DNA of 64,000 bases, from contig CAIYRB010000101.1 of the NCBI GenBank assembly GCA_903928445.1, positions 1,909 through 65,908 of the forward strand. The letters run 5' to 3'. Numbering within the stretch: the first letter of the stretch is position 1; every line of letters starts with the position of its first letter. Both the position numbers and the translations under genes were made by a program. A model generated the notes under the pieces. It was not told the origin of the DNA and made no database searches. It saw only the letters and a list, made by a program, of their open reading frames with translations. The stretch comes from an uncultured Pseudomonadota bacterium. Lineage in GTDB: Bacteria; Bdellovibrionota_B; Oligoflexia; Oligoflexales; CAIYRB01. This document shows, piece after piece, positions 10,901-17,513 of this stretch.

Positions 10901-11719
10901 GGTAACGTCGGGATTGGGACCTCCAGCCCCGCTGCGCCCCTTCACGTCAGTGGGGCATCTGCCATATTCGGCACAGGTGAGGGTGCGGCGACGCCTGGTG
11001 CGACAACCATTCGCGGAGCCAATGCGGCGGGAACTGACAAATTTGGTGCGAACCTCACCATCCAAGCTAGCAACGGTACTGGTACTGGCGGCTCGGGTGC
11101 GATCAACTTCCAGACAGCTACTGCTGCCGCCACGGGTACCGCGGCTGACACCTTGGCCACAGCGATGACCATCGCTAGTAGCGGCAACGTCGGGATTGGC
11201 ACAACAGCGCCAACCCACACCCTAGAAGTTGCCGGTACCGCAGCCAATACCGGCGGTGGCTCCTGGCTCACCATTTCTGACATCCGCATGAAAACGATCG
11301 AAGGCGACTACGAGTACGGCCTAGACGAGATCAAAAAACTCCACACGGTCCGGTTTAAATACAAGGATGGCAACGCCCTCAAGCTGCCCACCGACCAGGA
11401 ACACACCGGCTTCATCGCCCAGGAAGTCCAGGAGGTGATCCCCGACGCCGTCATCCATAGGCCCGACGGCTACCTGGAGTTAAACGTGGATCCTATTCAT
11501 TGGGCCACGGTGAACGCAGTCCAGCAACTCGCGGCCGAGAACGAACGTTTAAAGGCCGATTCTGCCATCCTGAAGGCGCATTCTGACAAGGCGGACGCGC
11601 GCGCAGACAAAGCCGACGCGCGCGCAGACAAGGCGGAGGCCGAGGCCGCGCAGCTCAAAGCTGCGCTATGCAGTAAATTTTCTGATTTGCCGCTGTGCGC
11701 CTCCAAAATAGGCGAGTAA
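7901..11719 (+). CDS. Secreted phage-type trimeric fibre / adhesin with C-terminal peptidase S74 intramolecular-chaperone domain (expressed copy)
   Basis: 1272-aa ORF with AGGAG 8 nt upstream. Sec signal peptide [25 protein letters not shown]|G. G/T/S/A/N-rich fibre repeats: TLTNKTLT(A/S)P x2, VANGGTG x3, GN(V/M)GIGT(T/S)xP x4 at nt 9908, 10664, 10901 and 11183. The C-terminus [13 protein letters not shown]...LHTVRFKYK...[17 protein letters not shown] is the classic S74 auto-cleaving chaperone module, followed by a coiled coil and a C-x8-C tail. Confidence 0.92.
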   Translation: MGRLQRFSHIAAASLLYLASASSFAGPFVFSYGGRLANSSDVAVTGPVNIELKFFRSASGGNPVGVSNMSFSNVPLEDGVFQVDIGQLTSAEMALVFDSSQDTYVEITDNTHNVTYPRQHLSAMPYAMKVPVDGKTLAFDSSGNLGLSLSSSPGTNQFVTKDSSGNLIWGTPATSAASLQGQSISATTPGSGQVLQYDGTKWLPVTLATVTTANNINSGTLGASYGGTGVTSSATFPTAGVIVTEAATETLTNKTLTAPLISSIVNTGTLTLPSSTDTLVGRNTTDTLTNKTLTSPIVTAGTITGASLISGSTSVNTSGTITAGAIATNAGLTIKGNGAAANMLTLNNGGNTFALNFKAPDVLTASVTWVLPTADGSAGQLLSTNGAGSFSWTTGVGGGTGGASGAAGGDLVGAYPNPTLATSGVTAGSYTKVTVDAKGRVTAGSTLVVGDIPPLSAATISSGVLGVANGGTGAATIINNGVVIGAGAGALSGATGTNGQVMTVNSSNQPIFSSVNLGTAAAVSGTLAVANGGTGVTTSTGTGSLVLSNSPTLVTPSLGTPTSGVATNLTGLPLTTGVTGTLAVANGGTGTTATPANGQLHIGNGSGFALATLTSGTGINVVNTSGAITVNATADASTKVTKTGDTMTGTLNLPANGLNAGTNQLVLSGGNMGIGTTTPNAKLQISTTSAAPGVVVVAAAGQTADLLETLNSAGTVIARVTAVGEFSNPNPGGGSGGQNERFGVGAGSNMINGVGNTLIGNSAGNSVTTGSSNTLIGSSAASTLTSGSSNAVIGTSAGGGVTGNYNTIIGTLADAPGLNGCLAIGWGSTCTANNQMVTGSGGISVNDIYWGNGVVNSAASTPTLNATGGSGADTAGGGLILAGGKSTGTAAGGPLVFKTSPAGGAGSSPNGLVEAMRITAAGNVGIGTTTPAARLAVYASAGSEMLHLVAPASSAAIFRLGTNTIANSLQLTFNYIGNANANNYASLGVQGLSTLYLVGTGNVGIGTSSPAAPLHVSGASAIFGTGEGAATPGATTIRGANAAGTDKFGANLTIQASNGTGTGGSGAINFQTATAAATGTAADTLATAMTIASSGNVGIGTTAPTHTLEVAGTAANTGGGSWLTISDIRMKTIEGDYEYGLDEIKKLHTVRFKYKDGNALKLPTDQEHTGFIAQEVQEVIPDAVIHRPDGYLELNVDPIHWATVNAVQQLAAENERLKADSAILKAHSDKADARADKADARADKAEAEAAQLKAALCSKFSDLPLCASKIGE
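11585..11626 (+). repeat. 21-nt in-frame tandem repeat (DKADARA x2, degenerate third unit follows) in the post-chaperone coiled coil
   Basis: gacaaggcggacgcgcgcgca / gacaaagccgacgcgcgcgca, followed by gacaaggcggaggcc... Confidence 0.85.
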
Positions 11720-11915
11720 CCGGGGGTCATGGGGTCGGGCACTCCCAGGAGCGCTCTAAATCTACATCAAGCGCCTCATCGAGCTTGAACATACTGAATG
11801 CACTGAAGTTTTTTTGATCCAGCTGAGACCGTCGACAGCCGGAGCCTAAAGCACCTCCGGGATTTCGCCGATGGGACACGACCACTCCGCCCACTAATCC
11901 ATTGAGGTTATAGAC

Positions 11916-12305
11916 ATGGGAGCCACCGCCAAGCCAGCCCCCGTGCGATACACCGACGGCGTCGCATTTGGCGAGCGGACCGGGAAGCTTAATGATTGGC
12001 GCGAACTGCTTTGCCTCGGCCTGGAGCCGGACACCATGGGCGGGGGATTTTTTAACGCGAAAAAAGATATCCTACTGAACTTTGTTCAGCGCGATCCTGC
12101 CTATCACATGATGACGTTTGTTGGGCCAGATCGGTGCGTGAATCGGTTCGTTTCAGGGCCAAGGAATCACTATTTCCTCGCGGATGGGGACCCGGATCCG
12201 AACCTGGTCTTGTTTCCGTTTCTCGCGCTTGATTGGCACCTAGTCTTTGAAGATTCCATCTGCAAGACCTTTGCCATGATCCAGGATATCAAAAATCGTC
12301 GCTAG
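11916..12305 (+). CDS. Family-X protein copy 1 (129 aa, unknown function; paralogue of 12814 and 17514)
   Basis: Starts MGATAKPAP..YTDGVAF. GAGG-N8-ATG arrangement is conserved in all copies. High similarity to X2/X3 along the whole length. Confidence 0.6.
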   Translation: MGATAKPAPVRYTDGVAFGERTGKLNDWRELLCLGLEPDTMGGGFFNAKKDILLNFVQRDPAYHMMTFVGPDRCVNRFVSGPRNHYFLADGDPDPNLVLFPFLALDWHLVFEDSICKTFAMIQDIKNRR

Positions 12306-12556
12306 ACCAAGGACCAACCGCTCAGCATCGCGCCAGTTCTCATCGAGCTTTGAGCTGTGGGCGGAACTCATGCCTTGATATATTCTGTCGCACGAGTGTC
12401 GGCCGTTCGGCGACGCAGCTCCCTTGACACGAGATATTCGAACACCGCGTACGCGTCAAAGTGATCCGTTGCCGTATACAAAGCACACGACGCTGGCAAT
12501 TCGCGTTGCTTCTCTTCGCTGAAGAGTGGTGATGCCGCCGCATCCACTTGCTCCAC
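12240..12556 (-). pseudogene. Family-Y gene copy 1, decayed (start codon lost, 1-nt frameshift)
   Basis: Homologous to Y2/Y3 (PLFSEEKQRELPASCALYTATDHFDAYAVFEYLVSREL...). ATG is replaced by CGG just after an in-frame TAG. A 1-nt deletion near 12370 splits the reading frame (TEYIKA* then MSSAHSSKLDENW...GIFKD* in another frame). Confidence 0.75.
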
Positions 12557-12813
12557 CTGGGTCCGCTAGTTTCTTGGGGTCGGGCACTTCTTGCAACTCA
12601 TTGAATTTTCTGGGACCGAATCAACTCGCGGAAAGATAGGCAACGACTTGAACATCGCATGCCAGCCAGCTACGCTCCCCTACGCCAGAATAGCCTGAAA
12701 ACATTAATATCCAAGGTCCTAGCATGACCAACATCGGCCGCTGGCTAAAGAACGCTTGAGATTCCACCGATAGTTATCTGTCAGTCCACTTTCTATCACG
12801 TGAGGATATCGAC

Positions 12814-13212
12814 GTGGGAGCCACCGCCAAGCCAAGCCCGGATTTCTTCACCGATGGCGTCGCGTTTACAGAGCGGACCGGAAAGTTAAATCGTTGGCAT
12901 GAACTGCTCTGCCTCGGCCTGGAGCCAGATACCATGTCGGGTGGTTTTTCCAGCGAGAAGGCAGATATTCTCCTGAACTTTGTCCGGCGCGATCCTGCTT
13001 ATCATATCATCACGTTTGCATCGGATCGGTATATGAATCGGTTCGTGGCAGGAAGAAACACAGTATATTTTCTCGCGGATGGAGACGCCGATCCAAACTT
13101 AGTCTGCAACCCATTTCTCGCGCCTGATTGGCATCTAGTCTTGGAAGATACGATCGGCAAGACTCTTGCCATGCTCAAGGACATTAAAAATCGTCGCCAG
13201 ACCAAGGTCTAA
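12814..13212 (+). CDS. Family-X protein copy 2 (132 aa, unknown function)
   Basis: GTG start with GAGG 8 nt upstream. V/MGATAKPSPDFFTDGVAFTERTGKLN... Same length as X3. An in-frame TGA 24 codons upstream argues it is a separate gene rather than a fibre extension. Confidence 0.65.
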   Translation: MGATAKPSPDFFTDGVAFTERTGKLNRWHELLCLGLEPDTMSGGFSSEKADILLNFVRRDPAYHIITFASDRYMNRFVAGRNTVYFLADGDADPNLVCNPFLAPDWHLVLEDTIGKTLAMLKDIKNRRQTKV

Positions 13213-13482
13213 GCGCTCGGCCTGCTTCCAATCGCGATCAAGCTTGGAGTTATGAGCGGTGCTCATGCTTTCGTACAATTCCAACGCACGAGCGTCCACC
13301 GTGCGGCGGCTCAGTTCCCTTGATAATAAATATTCGAACACAGCATAGGCGTCAAAGTGATCAGCCAGTGTGTACAACCCACACTCCGATGGTAATTCTC
13401 GCTTCGGCTCATCGCTGAAGATCGGTACCTGTATTGCCTTGCCGCTGCGCGTGACTCCGACATGCTGCACCGCTTGGGTCAT
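13135..13482 (-). CDS. Family-Y protein copy 2 (115 aa, unknown function), convergent with and overlapping X2 by 78 nt
   Basis: Strong SD (AGGAGGattccATG). MTQAVQHVGVTRSGKA...HFDAYAVFEYLLSRELSRR... Paralogue of 17835..18182. Confidence 0.7.
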   Translation of the reverse strand: MTQAVQHVGVTRSGKAIQVPIFSDEPKRELPSECGLYTLADHFDAYAVFEYLLSRELSRRTVDARALELYESMSTAHNSKLDRDWKQAERLDLGLATIFNVLEHGKSLADRIFQD

Positions 13483-13528
13483 GGAATCCTCCTATAGTCA
13501 TCGCGACGTCTTTTATCAATCGTGTGCC

Positions 13529-14302
13529 ATGGCGTCCAACGACATGTACCTGATTTTCGGGCATGTCGGGATTGGGACAACCTCCCCTGCCGGCACCCTC
13601 GATGTCGCCGGCACGGGTATGTTCACCGGCACCCTTTACGTCAACAACAACCGTGCCGGAGTCGGTGCCGGGTCGACCGGTACGGTCCAGATCGGCGACG
13701 GCACCATCAGTAAAACCTACGGAACCTCCTTCCTATTCAATTCAAGCCTCGTTCCCCTCTCTGATAATGTTTATACCTTGGGAAGCAGTAGTCAGCGTTG
13801 GAGCGTAGTGTACGCCGCCAACGGCACCATCCAGACCTCGGACTCCCGCCTCAAGCAAGACATTCACGAGTCTGATTTGGGCCTCGACTTCATCATGGAC
13901 CTCCGGCCGGTGAGTTACCGATGGACCAGCGGTCCAGATAAGGGCTTCCACTATGGTCTGATCGCCCAAGAAGCACGGGCGGCAATCCTCGCCACCAAGT
14001 TACGCCTTGGACTAAACCAAGATCCTAATGCGGACCTCATAGTCAGCCGCGACGCTGCTAGCGACCGCTACGGACTCAGCTACACTGAGCTAATCGCGCC
14101 CATCATCCGGGCGGTACAAGAGCAAGAGCACAAGATTGACAGCTTGACCGATGCCTTGTCCGAGATCGAGCACCTCAAGGCTCGCGCCGAAGCGGCGGAG
14201 GCCGAAGCTGCGACCCAAAAGGCCGAGACCGCGCAGATGAAGGCTGCATTTTGCACCAAGTTCTCGGAACTGGCGATGTGCGCATCTAATCCGACAAGAT
14301 AG
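13529..14302 (+). CDS. Short fibre distal module: junction motif + alternative tip + S74 chaperone + coiled coil + C-x8-C tail (257 aa, no signal peptide)
   Basis: MASNDMYLIFGHVGIGTTSPAGTLDVAG... then YTLGSSSQRWSVVYA, TSDSRLKQDI (S74 cleavage motif), FHYGLIAQE, a coiled coil, and ...AAFCTKFSELAMCASNPTR, which parallels the end of the 1272-aa gene. The computed ORF reaches 13370, but homology and the divergent Y2 gene favour ATG 13529. The SD is weak, so it may be a silent cassette rather than an expressed gene. Confidence 0.7.
   Translation: MASNDMYLIFGHVGIGTTSPAGTLDVAGTGMFTGTLYVNNNRAGVGAGSTGTVQIGDGTISKTYGTSFLFNSSLVPLSDNVYTLGSSSQRWSVVYAANGTIQTSDSRLKQDIHESDLGLDFIMDLRPVSYRWTSGPDKGFHYGLIAQEARAAILATKLRLGLNQDPNADLIVSRDAASDRYGLSYTELIAPIIRAVQEQEHKIDSLTDALSEIEHLKARAEAAEAEAATQKAETAQMKAAFCTKFSELAMCASNPTR
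13562..13578 (+). repeat. Fibre junction repeat CATGTCGGGATTGGGAC, copy a
   Basis: Exact 17-mer shared with 14952, 15926 and 17108. Its 14-nt core gtcgggattgggac is identical to 10907-10920 in the expressed gene. Confidence 0.9.
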
Positions 14303-14304
14303 AA

Positions 14305-14604
14305 CTATGACGCTTGGCCCAGTTGCTTTAGCTTTTCGCGAATGGAACGGAGTTTAGGCTCTAGGTCACCTCGCTCGAATCCGTTGGGAAAAAGGATGAA
14401 TTCCGGCTTGACCCCAAGAGCCTCCGCGAGAAGGATGGCCCGATCCTCGCCTAACCGGGAACGCCCACTCTCGATATTGGAGATATTCGAGACGGCGATA
14501 CCGGTAATCTTCGCGAGCAGTGCCTGGGTCCAACCCTTTTTGGTACGGAGCTCCTTGACAACTTGTCCCGGGGTCAAGACCGCTCTCGGTGTACGCTTCC
14601 TCAT
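14305..14604 (-). CDS. XRE-family HTH antitoxin (HigA-like)
   Basis: 99 aa. HTH_3 core KGWTQALLAKITGIAVSNISNIESGR. 4-nt overlap with the upstream RelE-like toxin gene. Confidence 0.85.
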   Translation of the reverse strand: MRKRTPRAVLTPGQVVKELRTKKGWTQALLAKITGIAVSNISNIESGRSRLGEDRAILLAEALGVKPEFILFPNGFERGDLEPKLRSIREKLKQLGQAS

Positions 14605-14894
14605 AACTTGCTCCTATAATCATGGGGAGTTATTCGCGAGACGTTTACGACCTCGACCTTGCCTCCTCGATCGACCTGATAAATCACACGCCATTTTAGA
14701 CTCAACCTCGACGAGCGAAATTTTGACAACTGGCCGTGGAGCTTTTCATCGTGGTAACCCTTAAATTCCCGAAGAATAAAGGCGCCGTGCTCCTCGACGA
14801 GTCGAGCCCAAATCTCATAGGAGACAAGGATTTCCTTTGGCGCCTTAGCTAGCTCCTTCTGAGCAGACTTGGATTCGATGATTTCGGCTTTCAT
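14601..14894 (-). CDS. RelE/ParE-superfamily toxin (HigB-like; toxin-first gene order)
   Basis: MKAEIIESKSAQKEL...LHGQLSKFRSSRLSLKWRVIYQVDRGGKVEVVNVSRITPHDY is the typical RelE-fold pattern. GGAG 6 nt upstream of ATG 14894 (ORF extends to 14921). Confidence 0.85.
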   Translation of the reverse strand: MKAEIIESKSAQKELAKAPKEILVSYEIWARLVEEHGAFILREFKGYHDEKLHGQLSKFRSSRLSLKWRVIYQVDRGGKVEVVNVSRITPHDYRSKL

Positions 14895-14950
14895 TCTTGC
14901 TCCCTGCAAGTTATCGTGCACAATAACTTATACTTAACTATAAGTCAAAG
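14895..14950 (-). promoter_or_regulatory. Putative promoter/operator of the RelE-HTH module
   Basis: On the - strand, TTGACT-N17-TATTGT. Palindrome aagttat-N9-ataactt overlaps the -10 region and 5' UTR, typical of a TA autoregulatory operator. The -35 lies 3 nt from the fibre junction repeat at 14952. Confidence 0.5.
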
Positions 14951-14951
14951 A

Positions 14952-15167
14952 CATGTCGGGATTGGGACTACGTCGCCGGTATCCAAGCTCGATATTAACG
15001 GCGGTATCTCCGCAGGCTCCTATGCTGGGATCAATTCTGCCCCGACTAATCAGCGGCTGAGTCCTTGCAACTCAAGACTTTCCTATGCGGCCAGTTCCCT
15101 GTCGCGCCGATGTGTCACCCATGAGGCGGAGGCGCTTACCGGATTAGACAGCTTTCGGCTGCCTTAA
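14952..15167 (+). pseudogene. Fibre cassette fragment b (junction motif + about 35 aa of fibre sequence, then unrelated read-through)
   Basis: Begins exactly with CATGTCGGGATTGGGAC. Encodes HVGIGTTSPVSKLDINGGISAGSYAGINSAPTN. Fibre-like sequence ends near 15055. No signal peptide and no S74 domain. Confidence 0.7.
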
Positions 15168-15224
15168 ATCTTGGATAGAATCACCTAGCAGCCCAAGCCG
15201 CCTACTGTCATTTACCGAGGACGG

Positions 15225-15320
15225 ATGACTGAAAAGGTTCATGTTATCAGCAGCGTTGAGAGACGTCGTCGCTTCACCGATGAAAAGAAGTTAGGCACCT
15301 TGCCGATTGAGTCGATTTGA
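15225..15320 (+). mobile_element. Remnant of an IS66-family tnpA (5' stub, 31 codons)
   Basis: MTEKVHVISSVERRRRFTDEKKLGTLPIESI* matches the characteristic N-terminus (..GVERRRRWS.EEK..IV.E) of IS66 TnpA-type HTH proteins. No remainder of the IS is present. Confidence 0.4.
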
Positions 15321-15366
15321 TGCACGATGTCTTGTAGTGTCTAACACTACAGAAGAGGTCCGAAAA

Positions 15367-15660
15367 TTGAAAGAACTCGGGTTCGACTGGGAGCAGTGGA
15401 ATATACAAAAAAACGAGTTAAAGCATGGTGTCTCTCGTTTAGAGGCTGAGAGTGTGTTTTTCGACCCCCAATATAGATTATTTTCCGATATCGTGCATTC
15501 CACCCCGAGAGAAGCGCGTTATGTTTTGTTCGGAAAAAGTATCGAAAATAGGATTCTGATGGTTGGTTTTACCCTCAGGTCTCAGAAGGCCCGCATCATC
15601 ACGGCGCGGACCGCTTCAAAAAAGGAGAGGACGATCTATGCCAGTGAAGAAAAAAAATAA
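15367..15660 (+). CDS. brnT: BrnT-family toxin (DUF497)
   Basis: FDWEQWNIQKNELKHGVSRLEAESVFFDP...ILMVGFTLRSQKARIITARTASKKERTIY is the canonical BrnT pattern. Probable TTG start at 15367 with AGAGG upstream (the computed ORF starts at 15307). Confidence 0.85.
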   Translation: MKELGFDWEQWNIQKNELKHGVSRLEAESVFFDPQYRLFSDIVHSTPREARYVLFGKSIENRILMVGFTLRSQKARIITARTASKKERTIYASEEKK

Positions 15661-15910
15661 GAGAAGGGAAATAGGTGATTACGATGATCTGGACACTTCA
15701 CAATTTATTGATGCAGCGAGGCCTTTGAAACTTGAATCTTTGGGACTGAAGTTGCCAGAAGCGTCACCAACGCAGGTAGTCTCAATAAGGTTGCCGACAG
15801 CTTTGATTAACGAGATTAAAGCCCTAGGTTCCCAGGATGATGTTCCGTATCAAGCTCTCATAAAACTGATTCTGGCCAATGCGGTCAAAAAAATGAAAAA
15901 AAGTGCATAA
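15638..15910 (+). CDS. brnA: BrnA-family antitoxin
   Basis: MPVKKKNKRREIGDYDD...VVSIRLPTALINEIKALGSQDDVPYQALIKLILANAV is the ribbon-helix-helix BrnA pattern. Overlaps the brnT 3' end. Confidence 0.82.
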   Translation: MPVKKKNKRREIGDYDDLDTSQFIDAARPLKLESLGLKLPEASPTQVVSIRLPTALINEIKALGSQDDVPYQALIKLILANAVKKMKKSA

Positions 15911-15919
15911 TCTCATTAG

Positions 15920-16204
15920 AGTGGGCATGTCGGGATTGGGACTACGGCGCCGGCGGGTAAGCTAGACGTCGAAGGATCTGGCGGAGTTATATTAAACGCC
16001 GGCAACGTCGGGATTGGCACAACGGCCCCGGTCGTTGCCCTCCAAGTGATCGGTGACATTCGAGTTGGTACCAGCGGTACCAACGGTTGCCTCCAGAAAT
16101 TCAGTGGCTTAGCTTTGACCGGTACCTGCTCCTCGGATGAGCGCCTGAAGACCAATATCAGACCTCTCGGGCGTGAGCCCTTCGGGCGGCTTCCTGACTC
16201 ATAA
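15920..16204 (+). pseudogene. Fibre cassette fragment c (start-less open frame: two junction motifs + small Cys-containing tip + first 13 aa of S74 domain)
   Basis: Open frame with no start codon. [83 protein letters not shown], then breaks off. Exact 17-mer at 15926-15942 and a second motif at 16001-16021. Confidence 0.75.
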
Positions 16205-16207
16205 TCC

Positions 16208-16516
16208 CTAGGCGGACTTTTCCTTGACGACCCGCGCTGGTTTCTTAGGCGGTGACAGTTCCCTCAATTGGTAAGATACCTTTCCCCTGCGTACCGAGAC
16301 CTCTAGGCGATACCCATCAAATTCTAGGACTTGGTTGTCACTGCGTTCGCAGACATCATCAAACGTGACACCTTGAATATCTCCCGTGGGACTGAAAAAA
16401 CCTACCCCTTCGCCACTACTTGCCTGCGTGGCATCGCCAAATGGTCCGGGTTGAAAATCCAAATGTAAGGCACCGGACCCGGCCATGGGAATGTAGCTGA
16501 CCTTAGCCTTTCGCAT
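16208..16516 (-). CDS. Small protein, DUF2283-like (putative antitoxin partner); assignment tentative
   Basis: MRKAKVSYIPMAGSGALHLDF...GDIQGVTFDDV resembles the DUF2283 beta-rich pattern. Translationally coupled (14-nt overlap) to the upstream gene. The start was chosen at an internal Met (ORF reaches 16603). Confidence 0.5.
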   Translation of the reverse strand: MRKAKVSYIPMAGSGALHLDFQPGPFGDATQASSGEGVGFFSPTGDIQGVTFDDVCERSDNQVLEFDGYRLEVSVRRGKVSYQLRELSPPKKPARVVKEKSA

Positions 16517-16844
16517 ATCGAATTCTCCGTAATTTTTTGTGCTTTGCGCGGTGGGTGGCACCGGTCGGGTAGGCGGTAACAAAGAAGCACCCATCGGGAA
16601 CACGCTTGACTATGACGACCATGTAGTGTCGGGCGTTGAGCCGGTAGAATAAGTGAAAAACATGCGTCTTTCGCTCCTCAAATATGTCAGATGGATCCCG
16701 CAGCACGCGCTCAATGAGCTCAAGAACCATTTCCTCCGGGAAAAGAGGAAAATGACGCTCTATCGTGTGAGCTATGGCCTCGGCCAGAACCACAACCCGA
16801 TCACCCAGCACGTCGGTGATGACGGCAGCTATCCTTTTGCTCAT
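16503..16844 (-). CDS. Small toxin-like protein (barnase/RelE-fold nuclease-like, PBECR/DUF4258-type); assignment tentative
   Basis: MSKRIAAVITDV...AIAHTIERHFPLFPEEMVLELIERVLRDPSDIF...YMVVIVKRVPDGCFFVTAYP has the H-x3-RH motif plus the 'xxVTAYP' ending typical of these small nuclease toxins. Paired with a small downstream gene. Confidence 0.45.
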   Translation of the reverse strand: MSKRIAAVITDVLGDRVVVLAEAIAHTIERHFPLFPEEMVLELIERVLRDPSDIFEERKTHVFHLFYRLNARHYMVVIVKRVPDGCFFVTAYPTGATHRAKHKKLRRIRYAKG

Positions 16845-17104
16845 AAAAAGAATCAACCTAGTCAAGAATCAGGGGAAAAAACACCTTAGCGCCCGTCAGG
16901 AAATAACTTGCCCTTGGCAAAAATATGCCTGCCTACAGTTTAATGCAAGTCAATGCAAGGGCGCCGCTCATTCCGCGACTCCAGCGTTTCTCAACACGGG
17001 AGAGCACCACGGAGTACTACATAGTAGCTGATATTGTTAGATATTTGCGACATGTAGGGGCATAAGTCGGAATCGCCCCTCGAAGCTTAAGCAGATCTGT
17101 CGGA

Positions 17105-17236
17105 GGGCATGTCGGGATTGGGACAACGTCACCATCTTACATGCTGCATGTCAGCGGCTCCGTCGCCGGCGTAGGCGCATACAACGCGCTGTCTGATATT
17201 CGCTATAAAAAGGATGTGCAATCCCGGCGTTGCTAA
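17105..17236 (+). pseudogene. Fibre cassette fragment d (junction motif + short tip + start of S74 domain, nonsense-interrupted; degenerate S74/3'UTR homology continues to about 17440)
   Basis: GHVGIGTTSPSYMLHVSGSVAGVGAYNALSDIRYKKDVQSRRC*. Exact 17-mer at 17108-17124. The downstream sequence aligns with the 3' flank of the expressed gene (…ccgtcgacag…, 11.83 kb versus 17.43 kb). Confidence 0.7.
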
Positions 17237-17513
17237 TCGATCAATGGCCTCAGCCTCCAGGCCAACGCCGTCAACACCCATGCTCGCGACCGTCTTTATA
17301 AACTCATCGAATGTTGGGATCACCACCTGAAACTTGGGAGCCACTTTGGCTCTATGTAAGGATCCACGCCGAGCTAACTCATCAGTATGACGTTCGGAAA
17401 ACGTTGAATTGTACGATTCATCCGAGGCCGTCGACAGTCGCAGGCTCAAGAATGCATGGGATTCCACCGAGAGATGCCTATCAGGTCATTTTCTTTCCTG
17501 TAAGGGTATTGAC

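Noticed and set aside
8075-11289. Many long antisense/alternative-frame ORFs inside the fibre gene (for example 8572..9177, 9889..10311, 10444..10815, 10942..11289 on the - strand)
   Set aside because: They lie entirely within a strongly supported 1272-aa gene whose GGN/ACN/GCN repeat composition suppresses stop codons in other frames. They have no SD sequences and no family resemblance.
12933-12941. Extra copy of catgtcggg inside X2 (codes ..TMSGG..)
   Set aside because: X1 and X3 have different nucleotides at the homologous position. One chance 9-mer hit is expected in a window of this size.
7901-14302. Prophage or tailocin remnant explaining the tail-fibre-like genes
   Set aside because: There are no baseplate, sheath/tube, tape-measure, capsid, terminase, lysis or integrase genes on either side. 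The large gene also has a Sec signal peptide, which phage fibres lack.
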